The notes under the pieces are model-generated. The model ran no database searches and had not been told where the DNA came from. It worked only from the letters and a program-made list of their open reading frames with translations. Positions 1 to 11,472 of a stretch of 64,000 nucleotides of DNA are shown here, piece by piece; positions within the stretch are counted from its first letter, which is position 1, and the number at the start of each line of letters is the position of its first letter. The position numbers and the translations under genes are program-made. This DNA is from Eledone cirrhosa. Lineage: Eukaryota. The DNA is taken from contig OZ024745.1 in NCBI GenBank assembly GCA_964016885.1, positions 186,001 to 250,000 on the forward strand. Reading direction: 5' to 3'.

Positions 1-2010
1 GTAGTATAATAAGTAAGGCAATCAAAGATATGAAGGCAGGCAAGGCAGCTGGGCCTTCGGTGATAGTTGCTGAGATGTTGAAGGCATCTGGAATGGCGGG
101 ACATACTATGGTCACCCGTATAGTTAACCAAGTAATACAGAACGGGGTCATACCAAAAGACTGGCGTAGCAGCATCATTAACTGCTACAAGGGTAAAGAA
201 GATGCTCTAGATAGAGGAAACTATAGAGTCATTAAGTTAGTTGATCAGGTCATGAAGGTCACAGAAAGAGTTATAGCACAACTAATCAGAGAGCGAATTG
301 ATCTAGATGAAATGCAGTTTGGGTTTGTGTCAGGTAAAAGTACTACAGATGCTCTTTTCCTTGTACGATGACAACAAGAGAAGTACCTAGCTAAAAGTAA
401 ACCCCTCTACTTAGCTTTTGTAGACCTGGAGAAAGCCTTTGACAGAGTCCCCCGCTCCATTATCTGGTGGGCTCTTAGAAAACTAGGTGTAGATGAATGG
501 CTTGTGAGAGCTATACAAGCCATGTATAATGAAACAGTCAGTAAGGTTAGAATTAACAATGAATATTGTGAAGAATTTAGTGTAAAAGTTGGTGTTCACC
601 AAGGCTCTGTCCTTAGCCCCCTCCTATTTATTATTGCCCTTCAGGCTATAACAGAGGAGTTCAAGACCGGCTGCCCATGGGAACTCCTATACGCAGATGA
701 TCTAACGCTCATAGCTGAATCAATGGCTGAACTAGAGAAGAAATTCCAAACATGGAAGCATGGCCTAGAATCAAAAGGCCTTAAAGTTAACTTGTCTAAG
801 ACTAAAGTCCTAGTTTGTAGAAAGGAAAATAAGGCACAGGTACCCTCAGGGAAATGGCCATGCTCAGTGTGTAGGAAAGGAGTAGGCAGAAATTCAATTT
901 TATGTCCCAAATGCAAAGTATGGGCACATAAAAGATGTATTTTGGATCACAGGTAAACTATCTAAGAACGTAGACTTTATATGTGGCCAATGCTCAGGTG
1001 TAATAGGTAGCAAATGTCCACAGGATACTAGCTCCTTCTATAGAAATAGTAGACACTTTCCGTTACCTGGGTGACGAATTCAGCAGTGGTGGAGGGTGCT
1101 CTGAAAGTACAGTAGCCAGAGTTAGAACGGGATGGAAAAAGTTCAGAGAGCTTATACCGCTGTTGGCCACAAAAGGTTTCTCTCTAAAAATGAAAGGCAG
1201 ATTGTATGATGCCTGTATACGAACAGCAATGCTACATGGCAGTGAGACATGGGCATTACGTGCAGAGGACCTGCGCAGACTTGAAAGGAATGAAGCATGC
1301 ATGCTCAGTTGGATGTGTAATAGTAATATACGTGAACGGCAAAGCATAAATTAACTAAGTGAGAAATTAGGAATAACAGGAATCAGATGCTGTTTACTCG
1401 AGAGAAGACTACGTTGGTATGGCCACGTGATGCGCATGTGTATAAAAAAGTGCAGGGTGATCAAAATTGATGGTAGTTACGGAGTAGGCAGACCCAGAAA
1501 AACCTGGGACCATCTGATAGATTCCGACCTTACACACTTGCACCTCTCTAAGACAATGTCACTGGACCGAGATCTTTGGAACTACGCAGTAATACAGAAG
1601 ACCCGCCTTGCCTATGTACAAAGCGAAACCTACAGTCAGTAGGCACCTCTTAATCAAATATACACCCCAATCCACTACCCCTACCCTATCCTCCCACTAC
1701 CCCCTCTCTATAAAGTTGGTACCACAACATCCAGTCCAAATAAATGAGATTGAGATCATGTAGGTGTCACGAGAAAAAACACACAGTCCACGCTGTAATG
1801 TGGCCGTGTAGGTAACACGGTAAACAGTTCCCAGTCCACACAGTAAATGTGGTTGGTGTTAAGAAGGGCATCCAGCCATAGAAAACCTGCCAGATAGTCC
1901 TATATGAGTGAGACACGATCACCTGACCAACCTTGCCTCAAGTGGGACAACTCCCGTCTAATGCATGCTAGCGTGGAAGATGGACGTTAAACGAAGATGA
2001 TGATGATAAT
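1..2010 (+). mobile_element. RTE-clade LINE copy A, degenerate 3' half (RT, PHD-like insert, C-terminus, 3' UTR, (GAT)n tail); begins before the window
   Basis: ORF pieces 30-371, 504-956, 1163-1354 and 1427-1642 match the 1006-aa ORF at 27268-30288 (QFGF, GVHQGSVLSPLLF, LLYADD, GRPRKTW) but carry stops, frameshifts and small deletions. The 3' UTR ends GGACGTTAAACGAAGATGATGATG, then (AT)n. Confidence 0.95.
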
Positions 2011-2022
2011 ATATATATATAT

Positions 2023-2131
2023 ATATAATATAGAAAATGAAGAATGAGTGATGCATCGGAACACAATTAACGTATTATGTTAATAAATTGTGTCCCGATG
2101 ATTCACTGATTCTCCGTTTTCCATATTATTA
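2023..2131. repeat. Imperfect inverted repeat with ~45-bp arms, between AT microsatellites
   Basis: ATAATATAGAAAATGAAGAATGAGTGATGCATCGGAACACAATT is followed by its near reverse complement AATTGTGTCCCGATGATTCACTGATTCTCCGTTTTCCATATTAT. Confidence 0.8.
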
Positions 2132-2590
2132 TACTCTGCTCCGAAAGAGCATAGAGTGCTCAACGGCATACCGCCTATTGACGCATCCAAGCAACCTTAC
2201 TACAAATATATATATAGCCATTCCGCTATTTTGGTCCTTAGCTTAAATGTTGAGAGTTCCCGTTAATAAAACAATACAGTTGATGGGTCTACACTTTTTG
2301 CACAGTGCAGCCACTGAGAAGTTCAGGTCACTAATGCACTTAATGCAGTCTATGTTGTACAAACCATTCTCTAGTAAAATGTACAATGCAACTCATTACA
2401 AATAAACTATGGTAAACACTCTGGGTAGAGATTTACATGATTAATTCATTTAAGACTTGTTTCATTGATTAATGAGACAAATATGTATTAAGAATACTTC
2501 TCAATATAATCCTGTTTAAACAAACTTTTTTTAACGTACGCTGGTCGTGTAGTTGTGACAAACGGCACCCAGTAGTCACTGTAAAGTGGT

Positions 2591-5500
2591 TGTGTAGGTG
2601 TCACAACAAAGTGCCCAGTCCACACTGTAAAGAGGTAGTGTAGGTGTCACAACAAAGTGCCCAGTCCACACTGTAAAGAGGTAGTGTAGGTGTCACAACA
2701 AAGTGCCCAGTCCACACTGTAAAGAGGTAATGTAGGTGTCACAACAAAGTGCCCAGTTCACACTGTAAAGAGGTAGTGTAGGTGTCACAACAAAGTGCCC
2801 AGTCCACACTGTAAAGAGGTAATGTAGGTGTCACAACAAAGTGCCCAGTCCACACTGTAAAGAGGTAGTGTAGGTGTCACAACAAAGTGCCCAGTTCACA
2901 CTGTAAAGAGGTAGTGTAGGTGTCACAACAAAGTGCCCAGTCCACACTGTAAAGAGGTCGTGTAGGTGGCACAACAAAGTGCCCAGTCCACACTGTAAAG
3001 AGGTCGTGTAGGTGTCACAACAAAGTGCCCAGTCCACACTGTAAAGAGGTCGTGTAGGTGTCACAACAAAGTGCCCAGTCCACACTGTAAAGAGGTTGTG
3101 TAGGTGTCACAACAAAGTGCCCAGTCCACACTGTAAAGAGGTAGTGTAGGTGTCACAACAAAGTGCCCAGTCCACACTGTAAAGAGGTAGTGTAGGTGTC
3201 ACAACAAAGTGCCCAGTCCACACTGTAAAGAGGTAGTGTAGGTGTCACAACAAAGTGCCCAGTTCACACTGTAAAGAGGTAGTGTAGGTGTCACAACAAA
3301 GTGCCCAGTTCACACTGTAAAGAGGTAGTGTAGGTGTCACAACAAAGTGCCCAGTCCACACTGTAAAGAGGTAGTGTAGGTGTCACAACAAAGTGCCCAG
3401 TCCACACTAAAGAGGTCATGTAGGTGTCACAACAAAGTGCCCAGTTCACACTGTAAAGAGGTAGTGTAGGTGTCACAACAAAGTGCCCAGTCCACACTGT
3501 AAAGAGGTAGTGTAGGTGTCACAACAAAGTGCCCAGTCCACACTGTAAAGAGGTAGTGTAGGTGTCACAACAAAGTGCCCAGTTCACACTGTAAAGAGGT
3601 AGTGTAGGTGTCACAACAAAGTGCCCAGTCCACACTGTAAAGAGGTAGTGTAGGTGTCACAACAGAGTGCCCAGTCCACACTGTAAAGAGGTTGAGTAGG
3701 TGTCACAACAAAGTGCCCAATCCACACTAAAGAGGTCATGTAGGTGTCACAACAGAGTGCCCAGTCCACACTGTAAAGAGGTAGTGTAGGTGTCACAACA
3801 AAGTGCCCAGTCCACACTGTAAAGAGGTAGTGTAGGTGTCACAACAAAGTGCCCAGTCCACACTAAAGAGGTCATGTAGGTGTCACAACAAAGTGCCCAG
3901 TCCACACTGTAAAGAGGTTGTGTAGGTGTCACAACAAAGTGCCCAGTCCACACTAAAGAGGTCGTGTAGGTGTCACAACAGAGTGCCCAGTCCACACTGT
4001 AAAGAGGTAGTGTAGGTGTCACAACAAAGTGCCCAATCCACACTAAAGAGGTCATGTAGGTGTCACAACAGAGTGCCCAGTCCACACTGTAAAGAGGTAG
4101 TGTAGGTGTCACAACAAAGTGCCCAGTCCACACTACAGAGGTCATGTAGGTGTCACAACAAAGTGCCCAGTCCACACTGTAAAGAGGTTGTGTAGGTGTC
4201 ACAACAAAGTGCCCAGTCCACACTGTAAAGAGGTAGTGTAGGTGTCACAACAAAGTGCCCAGTCCACACTGTAAAGAGGTAGTGTAGGTGTCACAACAAA
4301 GTGCCCAGTCCACACTAAAGAGGTCATGTAGGTGTCACAACAAAGTGCCCAGTCCACACTACAGAGGTCATGTAGGTGTCACAACAAAGTGCCCAGTCCA
4401 CACTGTAAAGAGGTTGTGTAGGTGTCACAACAAAGTGCCCAGTCCACACTGTAAAGAGGTAGTGTAGGTGTCACAACAAAGTGCCCAGTCCACACTGTAA
4501 AGAGGTTGTGTAGGTGTCACAACAAAGTGCCCAGTCCACACTGTAAAGAGGTCGTGTAGGTGTCACAACAAAGTGCCCAGTCCACACTGTAAAGAGGTCG
4601 TGTAGGTGTCACAACAGAGTGCCCAGTCCACACTGTAAAGAGGTAGTGTAGGTGTCACAACAAAGTGCCCAGTCCACACTAAAGAGGTCATGTAGGTGTC
4701 ACAACAAAGTGCCCAGTCCACACTGTAAAGAGGTTGTGTAGGTGTCACAACAAAGTGCCCAGTCCACACTAAAGAGGTCGTGTAGGTGTCACAACAAAGT
4801 GCCCAGTCCACACTAAAGAGGTCATGTAGGTGTCACAACAAAGTGCCCAGTCCACACTGTAAAGAGGTCGTGTAGGTGTCACAACAGAGTGCCCAGTCCA
4901 CACTGTAAAGAGGTAGTGTAGGTGTCACAACAAAGTGCCCAGTCCACACTAAAGAGGTCATGTAGGTGTCACAACAAAGTGCCCAGTCCACACTGTAAAG
5001 AGGTCATGTAGGTGTCACAACAAAGTGCCCAGTCCACACTGTAAAGAGGTTGTGTAGGTGTCACAACAAAGTGTCCAGTCCACACTGTAAAGAGGTCATG
5101 TAGGTGTCACAACAAAGTGCCCAGTCCACACTGTAAAGAGGTTGTGTAGGTGTCACAACAAAGTGCCCAGTCCACACTGTAAAGAGGTAGTGTAGGTGTC
5201 ACAACAAAGTGCCCAGTCCACACTAAAGAGGTCATGTAGGTGTCACAACAAAGTGCCCAGTCCACACTGTAAAGAGGTAGTGTAGGTGTCACAACAAAGT
5301 GCCCAGTCCACACTAAAGAGGTCATGTAGGTGTCACAACAAAGTGCCCAGTCCACACTAAAGAGGTCATGTAGGTGTCACAACAAAGTGCCCAGTCCACA
5401 CTGTAAAGAGGTCATGTAGGTGTCACAACAAAGTGCCCAGTCCACACTGTAAAGAGGTTGTGTAGGTGTCACAACAAAGTCCCCAGTCCACACTGTAAAG

Positions 5501-8191
5501 AGGTTGTGTAGGTGTCACAACAAAGTGCCCAGTCCACACTGTAAAGAGGTAGTGTAGGTGTCACAACAAAGTGCCCAGTCCACACTGTAAAGAGGTAGTG
5601 TAGGTGTCACAACAAAGTGCCCAGTCCACACTAAAGAGGTCATGTAGGTGTCACAACAAAGTGCCCAGTTCACACTGTAAAGAGGTCGTGTAGGTGTCAC
5701 AACTAAGTGCCCAATCCACACTGTAAAGAGGTTGTGTAGGTGTCACAACAAAGTGCCCAGTCCACACTGTAAAGAGGTCATGTAGGTGTCACAACAAAGT
5801 GCCCAGTCCACACTGTAAAGAGGTTGTGTAGGTGTCACAACAAAGTGCCCAGTCCACACTGTAAAGAGGTTGTGTAGGTGTCACAACAAAGTCCCCAGTC
5901 CACACTGTAAAGAGGTTGTGTAGGTGTCACAACAAAGTGCCCAGCCCACACTGTAAAGAGGTAGTGTAGGTGTCACAACAAAGTGCCCAGTCCACACTGT
6001 AAAGAGGTAGTGTAGGTGTCACAACAAAGTGCCCAGTCCACACTGTAAAGGGGTAGTGTAGGTGTCCAAACAAAGTGCCCAGTCCACACTGTAAAGAGGT
6101 CATGTAGGTGTCACAACAAAGTGCCCAGTCCACACTGTAAAGAGGTTGTGTAGGTGTCACAACAAAGTGCCCAGTCCACACTGTAAAGAGGTTGTGTAGG
6201 TGTCACAACAAAGTGCCCAGTCCACACTGTAAAGAGGTTGTGTAGGTGTCACAACAAAGTGCCCAGTCCACACTGTAAAGAGGTTGTGTAGGTGTCACAA
6301 CAAAGTGCCCAGTCCACACTGTAAAGAGGTTGTGTAGGTGTCACAACAAAGTGCCCAGTCCACACTGTAAAGAGGTAGTGTAGGTGTCACAACAAAGTGC
6401 CCAGTCCACACTAAAGAGGTCATGTAGGTGTCACAACAAAGTGCCCAGTCCACACTGTAAAGAGGTCATGTAGGTGTCACAACAAAGTGCCCAGTCCACA
6501 CTGTAAAGAGGTCATGTAGGTGTCACAACAAAGTGCCCAGTCCACACTGTAAAGAGGTCATGTAGGTGTCACAACAAAGTGCCCAGTCCACACTGTAAAG
6601 AGGTTGTGTAGGTGTCACAACAAAGTGCCCAGCCCACACAGTAAAGAGGTTGTGTAGGTGTCACAACAACGTGCCCAGTCCACACTGTAAAGAGGTCATG
6701 TAGGTGTCACAACAAAGTGCCCAGTCCACACTGTAAAGAGGTTGTGTAGGTGTCACAACAAAGTGCCCAGTCCACACTGTAAAGAGGTAGTGTAGGTGTC
6801 ACAACAAAGTGCCCAGTCCACACTGTAAAGAGGTAGTGTAGGTGTCACAACAAAGTGCCCAGTCCACACTAAAGAGGTCATGTAGGTGTCACAACAAAGT
6901 GCCCAGTCCACACTGTAAAGAGGTCATGTAGGTGTCACAACAAAGTGCCCAGTCCACACTGTAAAGAGGTAGTGTAGGTGTCACAACAAAGTGCCCAGTC
7001 CACACTGTAAAGAGGTTGTGTAGGTGTCACAACAAAGTGCCCAGTCCACACTGTAAAGAGGTAGTGTAGGTGTCACAACAAAGTGCCCAGTCCACACTGT
7101 AAAGAGGTTGTGTAGGTGTCCAAACAAAGTGCCCAGTCCACACTGTAAAGAGGTCATGTAGGTGTCACAACAAAGTGCCCAGTCCACACTGTAAAGAGGT
7201 TGTGTAGGTGTCACAACAAAGTGCCCAGTCCACACTGTAAAGAGGTTGTGTAGGTGTCACAACAAAGTGCCCAGTCCACACTGTAAAGAGGTTGTGTAGG
7301 TGTCACAACAAAGTGCCCAGTCCACACTGTAAAGAGGTTGTGTAGGTGTCACAACAAAGTGCCCAGTCCACACTGTAAAGAGGTTGTGTAGGTGTCACAA
7401 CAAAGTGCCCAGTCCACACTGTAAAGAGGTAGTGTAGGTGTCACAACAAAGTGCCCAGTCCACACTAAAGAGGTCATGTAGGTGTCACAACAAAGTGCCC
7501 AGTCCACACTGTAAAGAGGTCGTGTAGGTGTCACAACAAAGTGCCCAGTCCACACTAAAGAGGTCGTGTAGGTGTCACAACAAAGTGCCCAGTCCACACT
7601 GTAAAGAGGTAGTGTAGGTGTCACAACAAAGTGCCCAGTCCACACTGTAAAGTAGTGTAGGTGTCACAACAAAGTGCCCAGTCCACACTAAAGAGGTCGT
7701 GTAGGTGTCACAACAAAGTGCCCAGTCCACACTGTAAAGAGGTAGTGTAGGTGTCACAACAAAGTGCCCAGTCCACACTGTAAAGAGGTTGTGTAGGTGT
7801 CACAACAAAGTGCCCAGTCCACACTGTAAAGAGGTAGTGTAGGTGTCACAACAAAGTGCCCAGTCCACACTGTAAAGAGGTCATGTAGGTGTCACAACAA
7901 AGTGCCCAGTCCACACTAAAGAGGTCATGTAGGTGTCACAACAAAGTGCCCAGTTCACACTGTAAAGAGGTCGTGTAGGTGTCACAACAAAGTGCCCAAT
8001 CCACACTGTAAAGAGGTTGTGTAGGTGTCACAACAAAGTGCCCAGTCCACACTGTAAAGAGGTTGTGTAGGTGTCACAACAAAGTGCCCAGTCCACACTA
8101 AAGAGGTCATGTAGGTGTCACAACAAAGTGCCCAATCCACATTGTAAAGAGGTCGTGTAGGTCACAACAAAGTGCCCAGTCCACACTGTAA
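2591..8191 (+). repeat. Minisatellite 1: 46-bp unit (44-bp variants), ~120 copies
   Basis: Unit TGTAGGTGTCACAACAAAGTGCCCAGTCCACACTGTAAAGAGGTAG. Variation is concentrated at GGTAG/GGTTG/GGTCG/GGTCA and a 2-bp GT deletion. Confidence 0.99.
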
Positions 8192-8350
8192 ATATGGTTG
8201 GCGTTAGGAAGGGCATCCAGCTGTAGAAACCGGGCCAAAATCAGTTCTGTATAAGCAAGAGATGGTCACCTAACCCAGAATTTCTCACAACAGGACAACT
8301 CGTCTAACCCATGCTAGCATGGAAAAAATGGACATTAAACGCTGATAATA
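8192..8350 (+). mobile_element. RTE/SINE-type 3' tail directly continuing from minisatellite 1
   Basis: TGGTTGGCGTTAGGAAGGGCATCCAGCTGTAGAAAC...CGTCTAACCCATGCTAGCATGGAAAAAATGGACATTAAACGCTGAT matches the RTE 3' UTR at 30526-30780. Confidence 0.92.
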
Positions 8351-8739
8351 TGTGTGTATATATACACACACACCATGTCTATAATAGCAATCTGACCACC
8401 CTTGTTCCTCTTATCTCTGCTATATAGTTTCAATGAGATAAGAGTATTTAGTGATATTTTCTTAATTTATGTGATTGTTGGCAGAGAAGGCAGACATTAA
8501 AACAATGATGATGATGTTCAGGCACAATGAAAGCAATATTTTCTCTAAATAACAAAAGCACCAACCAATATCTAAAGGCTTGGTTGTCTATTGCACATTT
8601 TAAATGTTATATGACAAACACACAATCTTCAATTTGGTATTTATGCCAACCCTTAACCTACGGTTATGAATCTTGGGTAATGATTGATTGAATACGATCG
8701 CAACCAAAATGGGGTTCCGCTGAAGGGTGTTTGTAGTAA

Positions 8740-9020
8740 CGTTACTCGATATGGTGCATAGGTCTAAGATCAGGGAGAGCCACTACTTCTATGAATCAAT
8801 ACTAAAGACATGTGGTTAGAATGTCTAAGGAAAGGACTGTTGGATAGATTTTACAGGCAGACCACAAACAAGATGTTTAGATAACATGAGCTCAGTTGGT
8901 CCCACATGAGGATCAAGCTGAATCAAAAGATGGTTGCTTCTGATAGGACCCTTGGGAAGGAGTGTCTGAGAACTCTGTCCCCAAAGACCCTCCCGGGAAT
9001 AAGTGGGTGAAGTTGACAAT
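8740..9020 (+). mobile_element. Highly decayed 3' fragment of a second RTE lineage (Rex3/Expander-like C-terminus)
   Basis: Translation across frameshifts gives LLDMVHRSKIRES..PLLL..HVVRMSKERTV..GRPQTRCLDN..LSWSHMRIK..VASDRTL..LRTLSP..PSRE*, which follows the RTE C-terminal motif order. Recognised from memory of the family. Confidence 0.65.
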
Positions 9021-9277
9021 AGCTCAACTTCAGTTGTGTGTGTTGAGGTTTACTATGGGAACTATTCTGTATTGACATGTTACAAAAGACCTAAACTGAC
9101 AAAGGGATATGCATGTTTCCACATATTATTGCAGCTAGTTTGTACAGACAAGCTTGTCTACAGGAGAGCATATTTATGTTAAGCCTTTCCTTAATGAAAT
9201 AGGCTCACTTTCAAATAATGCAAAATTTTGAAACATTTACTCAAATGATTAATTATTCCGTTCCTAATATAACTTAA

Positions 9278-9617
9278 CATGGCTTAGTGGTTAGAGCATT
9301 GGCCTTGCAATCGGAAGGTTGTGAGTTCAATTCTCAGACCGGGTGATGTGTTGTTTCCTTGAGCAAGACACTTTATTTCACATTGCTCCAGTTTACTCAG
9401 CTGTAGAAATGAGATGATAGGGACTGGGATCCCTATCATTCCACTGTAAAGAGGACGTGGAGGTGCCTCGGCAAAAAAGCACCCAGCACTCACTGTAAAT
9501 GAGGTTGGTGTTAGGAAGGGCATCCAGCTGTAGAAATCAAGCCAGAATCAGTTCCCGTCCCACCCTTGCAAGCAGGGAAAAGTGGACGTAAAATGAAATG
9601 ATGAAATGATTATGATG
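9278..9617 (+). mobile_element. tRNA-derived SINE with RTE-shared 3' tail
   Basis: Pol III A box TGGCTTAGTGG (9280-9290) and B box GAGTTCAATTC (9323-9333). Body CCTTGAGCAAGACACTTTATTTCACATTGCTCCAG. Tail CACTGTAAATGAGGTTGGTGTTAGGAAGGGCATCCAGCTGTAGAAA...GGACGTAAAATGA matches the RTE 3' UTR. Confidence 0.9.
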
Positions 9618-9789
9618 GTTCTTGTATCGTGTTGGAAGATATAAATTTATATAAGAAGTGTTTGAAATTGCTGGCCTTGTGCCTAAATCAGAAATCATTA
9701 TTATTATTATGTGAAACTTCTTTAAATTCTGCTTCTCCCTATATCTTGCCAAGTGTCAACCTGACACCTGAGGCAAAATTTGGTAATAC

Positions 9790-9970
9790 TCATTCGGACG
9801 CCATGCTTTGACACAGAGTTACGGCCCTTGCCATTCTGAGTTCAAATCCCGCCGAGGTTAACTTTGCCTTTCATCCTTACGGGGTCGATAAAATAAAGTA
9901 CCAGTCATGCACTGGGATAATTGCTGGCCTTGTTCCAAAAGTAGAAACAATTATTATTATTATTATTATT
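9790..9970 (+). mobile_element. Octopus-type SINE (second family), partial, (ATT)n tail
   Basis: TTCTGAGTTCAAATCCCGCCGAGGTTAACTTTGCCTTTCATCCTTACGGGGTCGATAAAATAAAGTACCAG...TTGCTGGCCTTG..(ATT)n. Related copies lie at 22625-22835, 55030-55245 and 55515-55703, and an extra tail fragment at ~9660-9710. Confidence 0.85.
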
Positions 9971-10371
9971 AAACTATGGACTTACTCTTTCACAATGTAG
10001 AACTGCATTAAGTATTTCAATACATTTGTGTGTGTGTGTGTGTGGGGGGGGGGGGCGTAGTCTTTGTCATAAAAAGTGACATTTCAAAAGAGTTTCATGA
10101 AAAGCCATCAGTAATGTAACCCATGTCTAATTATTAGTTGGCATACTATAAAATTACTAATTGTTTCATCGTGCAGCTTTCATGTAGGTTTTAGAGTAAA
10201 ATGTCTGTTGGTTAACTGGGAGATTCTGAGACAAATAATTGTAACAATTGTTTGACATTTAGCTTTATTGATAGCTTGGTGGATGTCTTTCTAAAACACT
10301 CCCGTCTTTTCAAACTGCTCAGATTCCAGAAATAATAAATTTGCCATGTTTTGTAGTTAAGTCTAAAGTCT

Positions 10372-10805
10372 GTCTCAAGCTCATCAGGCCGGTGCTTATC
10401 CTGGTTTATGTGGCATGAAGTGACAGAGTACAAGACTCCCCTCTGGATAGGATGTCAGTCCATCGCAGGGTTAAACCCCCAACTATTGCTGGTACTCATC
10501 TTTTTTCAGTTGAGTATACTGGAGCAACATGAAATGAAGTGTTTTGTTCAAGAACACAACACACAACTCGGCCCAGGAATCAAACCCACGACATTATGAT
10601 CATAAGTCCAACACCCTTACCACTAGGTCACACCACACCTCCACAACACAACTCGGCCCAGGAATCAAACCCACGACATTATGATCATAAGTCCAACACC
10701 CTTACCACTAGGTCACACCACACCTCCACAACACAACTCGGCCCAGGAATCAAACCCACGACATTATGATCATAAGTCCAACACCCTTACCACTAGGTCA
10801 CACTG
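10372..10805 (-). mobile_element. tRNA-derived SINE with triplicated 85-bp head and a non-RTE tail
   Basis: Minus strand GTGACCTAGTGGTAAGGGTGTTGG...GGGTTTGATTCCTGGG (A and B boxes) occurs three times (plus-strand marker ACACAACTCG at 10561, 10646, 10731). The body is shared with the 9278 SINE, then CCCTGCGATGGACTGACATCCTATCCAGAGGG...CTTCATGCCACATAAACCAGG. Confidence 0.88.
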
Positions 10806-11472
10806 AAATATAAAAAAAAAATGAGATTATCCTTCTGATAAATATTTCTCTAAGTAAAACCTATATAAAGTAGTATAGTTAATAGGAAGTATCATGAGAT
10901 GTTTAATAAATGACTGAGAAGTTTCAGAAAGCCACTACAATGTCCTAGAAATATATAAAGGACAAAGGATGAGAAAACAATGTTTTACCCAGTAAATATT
11001 TCAGAGCTGTTACCTTCTTTTCAAATGTGAAATGTAAACAGTTCAAAACAAAAGCGAACAATTGATGTGTTCTTCCCAAACTGATCTAACCCATATAACT
11101 TGTAGATAAATATTCAAGTTATTTGTTTCATTAAAAAGCAAGAAACCAGAACAAATCCTCAGCTTATAAATTGATAGCAACCATATTGTTTATAATTTAT
11201 CTCAACTGAAAAAACAAGTAATAGAGAGAAAGTATAAAGACTGCAGAATTAAATTTATTCCAACTTAGCAAAACCTCTCTAATTATCAAACCAGTTTAAT
11301 CCTAATTAAGAATTTGCTTTCTTTTTTTCTTACCATTATTTGGTCTGAGGACAAATAATAATCATCTTTGCTGAAACTCTATATTAATACCAGTCTTACT
11401 ACAACTCATTGCTTTATAGAAAATTAGTTGTAGTGGTTGTACTGACAATATATAAATACATCTATTTCACAT

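Noticed and set aside
8825-9019. Minus-strand 64-aa ORF as a host exon
   Set aside because: Better explained as antisense to a decayed plus-strand RTE C-terminus.
9280-9345. tRNA gene (also the heads at 10561-10805)
   Set aside because: A and B boxes are present, but there is no intact cloverleaf and the sequence continues into a SINE body.
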